Positions 61,301 to 64,000 of a DNA stretch of 64,000 nucleotides are shown here, piece by piece. Numbering within the stretch: the stretch's first letter is position 1; each line of letters begins with the position of its first letter. Source of the DNA: Schmidtea polychroa (lineage: Eukaryota); the NCBI GenBank assembly GCA_044892525.1, contig CM097885.1, positions 31,436,001 to 31,500,000 of the forward strand, read 5' to 3'. The position numbers and the translations under genes were made by a program. A model generated the notes under the pieces. It was not told where the DNA came from. It made no database searches and was given only the letters and a program-made list of their open reading frames with translations.

Positions 61301-63944
61301 AACGAATTTTGAATACCCACGATGCTCGACACTACTTGAGTCTGCACAATACATATGTCACATTCTGAAATGCCTTAACTCACACACTCCCATCACCACT
61401 CCTTACTTACCCCACATGCTGAAAGATATGAGGCAGATCATTTCCACTTTCATCTATAATAGGATACCTATTAGTAATATCAGTAAATACCACATATTCC
61501 TCATAAACCTCACTGAACAACTTTCCCAAAACCTAACAGACGCCCAATCAGCTCTTAGCGAGATTGAACGAATCAATGGCAACGTCAACCCAGACAGATA
61601 CAAAACAATAAAACCAGCAGACGCCACGCACAAAAAACTGAAATCAGAGAATGAGCTCCAATGAATTAAACGTGCCAGATTCCGCATGAAACCCAAAGAC
61701 TAGATTGGGAAAATCATTGGGGCGGCCCTACCTCTACATCGGCCCACAATGGCTAATATACTTCTTCTCTTCGGAGTTAAACTTACACCCATATCCGACC
61801 TAACTGATCTATCGTTTCCTTCATTTCCTGAAAGTACATCCTCTATCCGTATCGACATTGACGGCCTTCGCTCCACTATCGCCTCACTGAACAACACTGC
61901 ACCAGGCATCGACAAGATTACCTTATCTGACTGGAAAAAGATATACCCCGATATGGGACCCATTCTTGCTATCTGTAACAACGTACTTCCACCTCGATAT
62001 GTCCTCCCAGTTGGAAGACCTTTCGGACCAAACTGATACTTAAACAAGGGAAACATGAAACGAGCCATGAGGCTAGCTCGTGGCGTCCTATCTCTGTCAT
62101 GAACACTACATACCGTATCTTCTCCTCTGTCCTTAATCATCGTATCCTGTCCTAGATCAGGCAAGGTCACCTACTTACCACCAACCAAAAAGCCATTGGC
62201 ACCCCCGATGGCTGCGCCGAACATAATGTCAACACCATCTTCGAGTGCGAAGGGGAATTGTCCACCTCTGTGCCTATTGTCAAAGTGGTGAAACAAGGAT
62301 GCCCACTTTCTATGACCCTCTTCTGCCTTTCGATTGACTTCATCTTAAGGACTATACTACGCGTACACCCTTCCTTTTTTCACGAACACAATATAAGCAT
62401 CATGGGATATGCTGATGACATTGTCCTTATCTCCGACTCCTTCTCATCCATTACCGCTGCACTAGCTGAGACTGTGCGCCTCGCACAATAGGTCAATCTT
62501 CGGTTTAAGCCATCTAAATCTGGCTATTTCTCACTCAACACTCTCGACACCCCCCCTATCAAACTCAATGGCGAAAGATTACCAGTTATCGACGACTAAA
62601 ACCTCTAACTTTATCTCAGCGTTGACTTCTCGCACAAAAATAAGCATAACATCGATGAGAGACTTGACAACGCTCTGAAAGACACAAAACTTATCTTCCA
62701 ATCTTACCTGCACCCGGCACAGAAGTTAATGTCCTACAAGATCTTCATACACTCCTGCCTCATCTTCACTTTCCGCAACTGGCAAAACATATGACGTTAG
62801 ACTCTAAACACCTTACGAGAGGGGACGCGCAATACCTTGGCTTCGACCAAAAACTTAAAGACATTTTTCGAACCGCGATGGGGATAAAATTATGCAATTA
62901 AACAACAATTTCATTTATGCCTCGGTAAAATTGGGGGGGGGGGTGGAACTCACTTCAGAGATAGATGAATACCATATCCAGAGCATTGTTCACATGATCA
63001 GGTCCCACAGCTCATTCGATCTAAGTTTTCCTAACCTTGTCACTTTTGAACTTGCACAGGCAAGAGGCCAAAGTAACCTTCATATTGCCCTGGCGTGGCT
63101 GAATGGGGAAACATCTAAACAATTTCCTACCTTCTCCTTCTTTTCCAAATTCCATAAATCGTCAACTAGACTGCTCCTCAAATACGGTATCTCCACGAAA
63201 ATCAAATACATTGAAAACTCCCTGCAACTAGAGGTAAAATATCGCGAACATCTCACCTACTTCAACATTGAGAATATCCATGAAACGTCCTCAGAACTCC
63301 ACTCCATAATTAACCTGATCCATGCTGAAAGATGGATCCGGATGAGATGCCAAGGTTACATTGCAAAAGCAATCAGTGAAAGCAACACAGTGGCCTTTTT
63401 CATTCAAATTGACATTTTGTCTGACGCCCAGTACCTCTTTCTTATTAAAGCGAGGAACAAACTGCTTAAGCTAAACTACTCTCCCCATCGGCTTAAGACC
63501 AATAAGTCAACCACTTGTCGACACTGCCTCACACACCCTGAAATCCAGGCGCATATCTTCAACCACTGTGCTGCAAAACTTAACGCCCGACGCTTTAAAC
63601 ACTCCAATGTCCTACAGGCCGTATCTGATATAATCCTGTCCCTCAACTTTATGGTAGACGTAGAAAGGCCCCGGATAGGGTATCAACGAGGCTTATACCT
63701 GACCTCCTCATTAAGTCTAACAGAAACCGCAACTGCCACCAGGACCTCCCACACATTTGAACCGGCACCGGAACATGGAAACTGCCTCCTGAACAGGCCA
63801 CCTGCCAACGGGACCTGTCACTCGCTCGAGCTGCCAATGGAACATGGAAACTGCCTTCTGGACCGGCCACCCACCACCGGAACTGATCACAAGCTGGACC
63901 TGCCACCAATACGTACCACAAATCCCGATCCTGTCACAAATTGA
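58340..63944 (+). mobile_element. Decayed RLE-type non-LTR retrotransposon, NeSL-like (protease-like domain, RT, CCHC); 5' limit uncertain
   Basis: IIIPMSNGRDSWFLFFLD...IIDPM (Ulp1-like), APGIDKIT, KQGCPLS, GYADD, CRHC...HIFNHC; many stops and frameshifts. Confidence 0.8.
59009..59737. mobile_element. hAT-type MITE (729 bp) nested in the non-LTR element
   Basis: TIR CAGTGG(C/A)GTAGC; 8-bp TSD CCCTAGAC at 59001-59008 and 59738-59745. Confidence 0.92.
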
Positions 63945-64000
63945 TCCCCCCTCGGAACTTATTGTGTTTATGCTATGACTTAAATTGCGATTTTGCGTTT

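Overview
AT-rich eukaryotic (metazoan) genomic DNA with microsatellites, very short 40-50 nt GT-AG introns and dense transposon content; a free-living flatworm (planarian-like) source is my inference, not proven. The centrepiece is a full-length 16.25 kb Polinton/Maverick (34697-50944) with AG...CT ends, long TIRs and a 6-bp TSD (GATATG). It encodes pPolB (one in-frame TGA), a spliced adenovirus-type protease, the major capsid protein, two tandem minor capsid/penton paralogs, a spliced integrase, a packaging ATPase and small virion-like proteins. Unusually, it also carries a divergently transcribed TATA-binding-protein (TBP)-like gene next to a Cys-rich ORF. Other content: the 3' end of a giant LTR retroelement (accessory ORFs plus a 3.9 kb LTR that itself contains an ORF), more LTR/gypsy, hAT and Penelope remnants, a near-intact Tigger/pogo element, three MITEs, extra Polinton end fragments and a decayed NeSL-like non-LTR element. 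Host genes: an MGME1-like nuclease, an ADCY9-like adenylate cyclase and a divergent PIM-like kinase. All homology calls come from motif recognition by eye; no searches were run.
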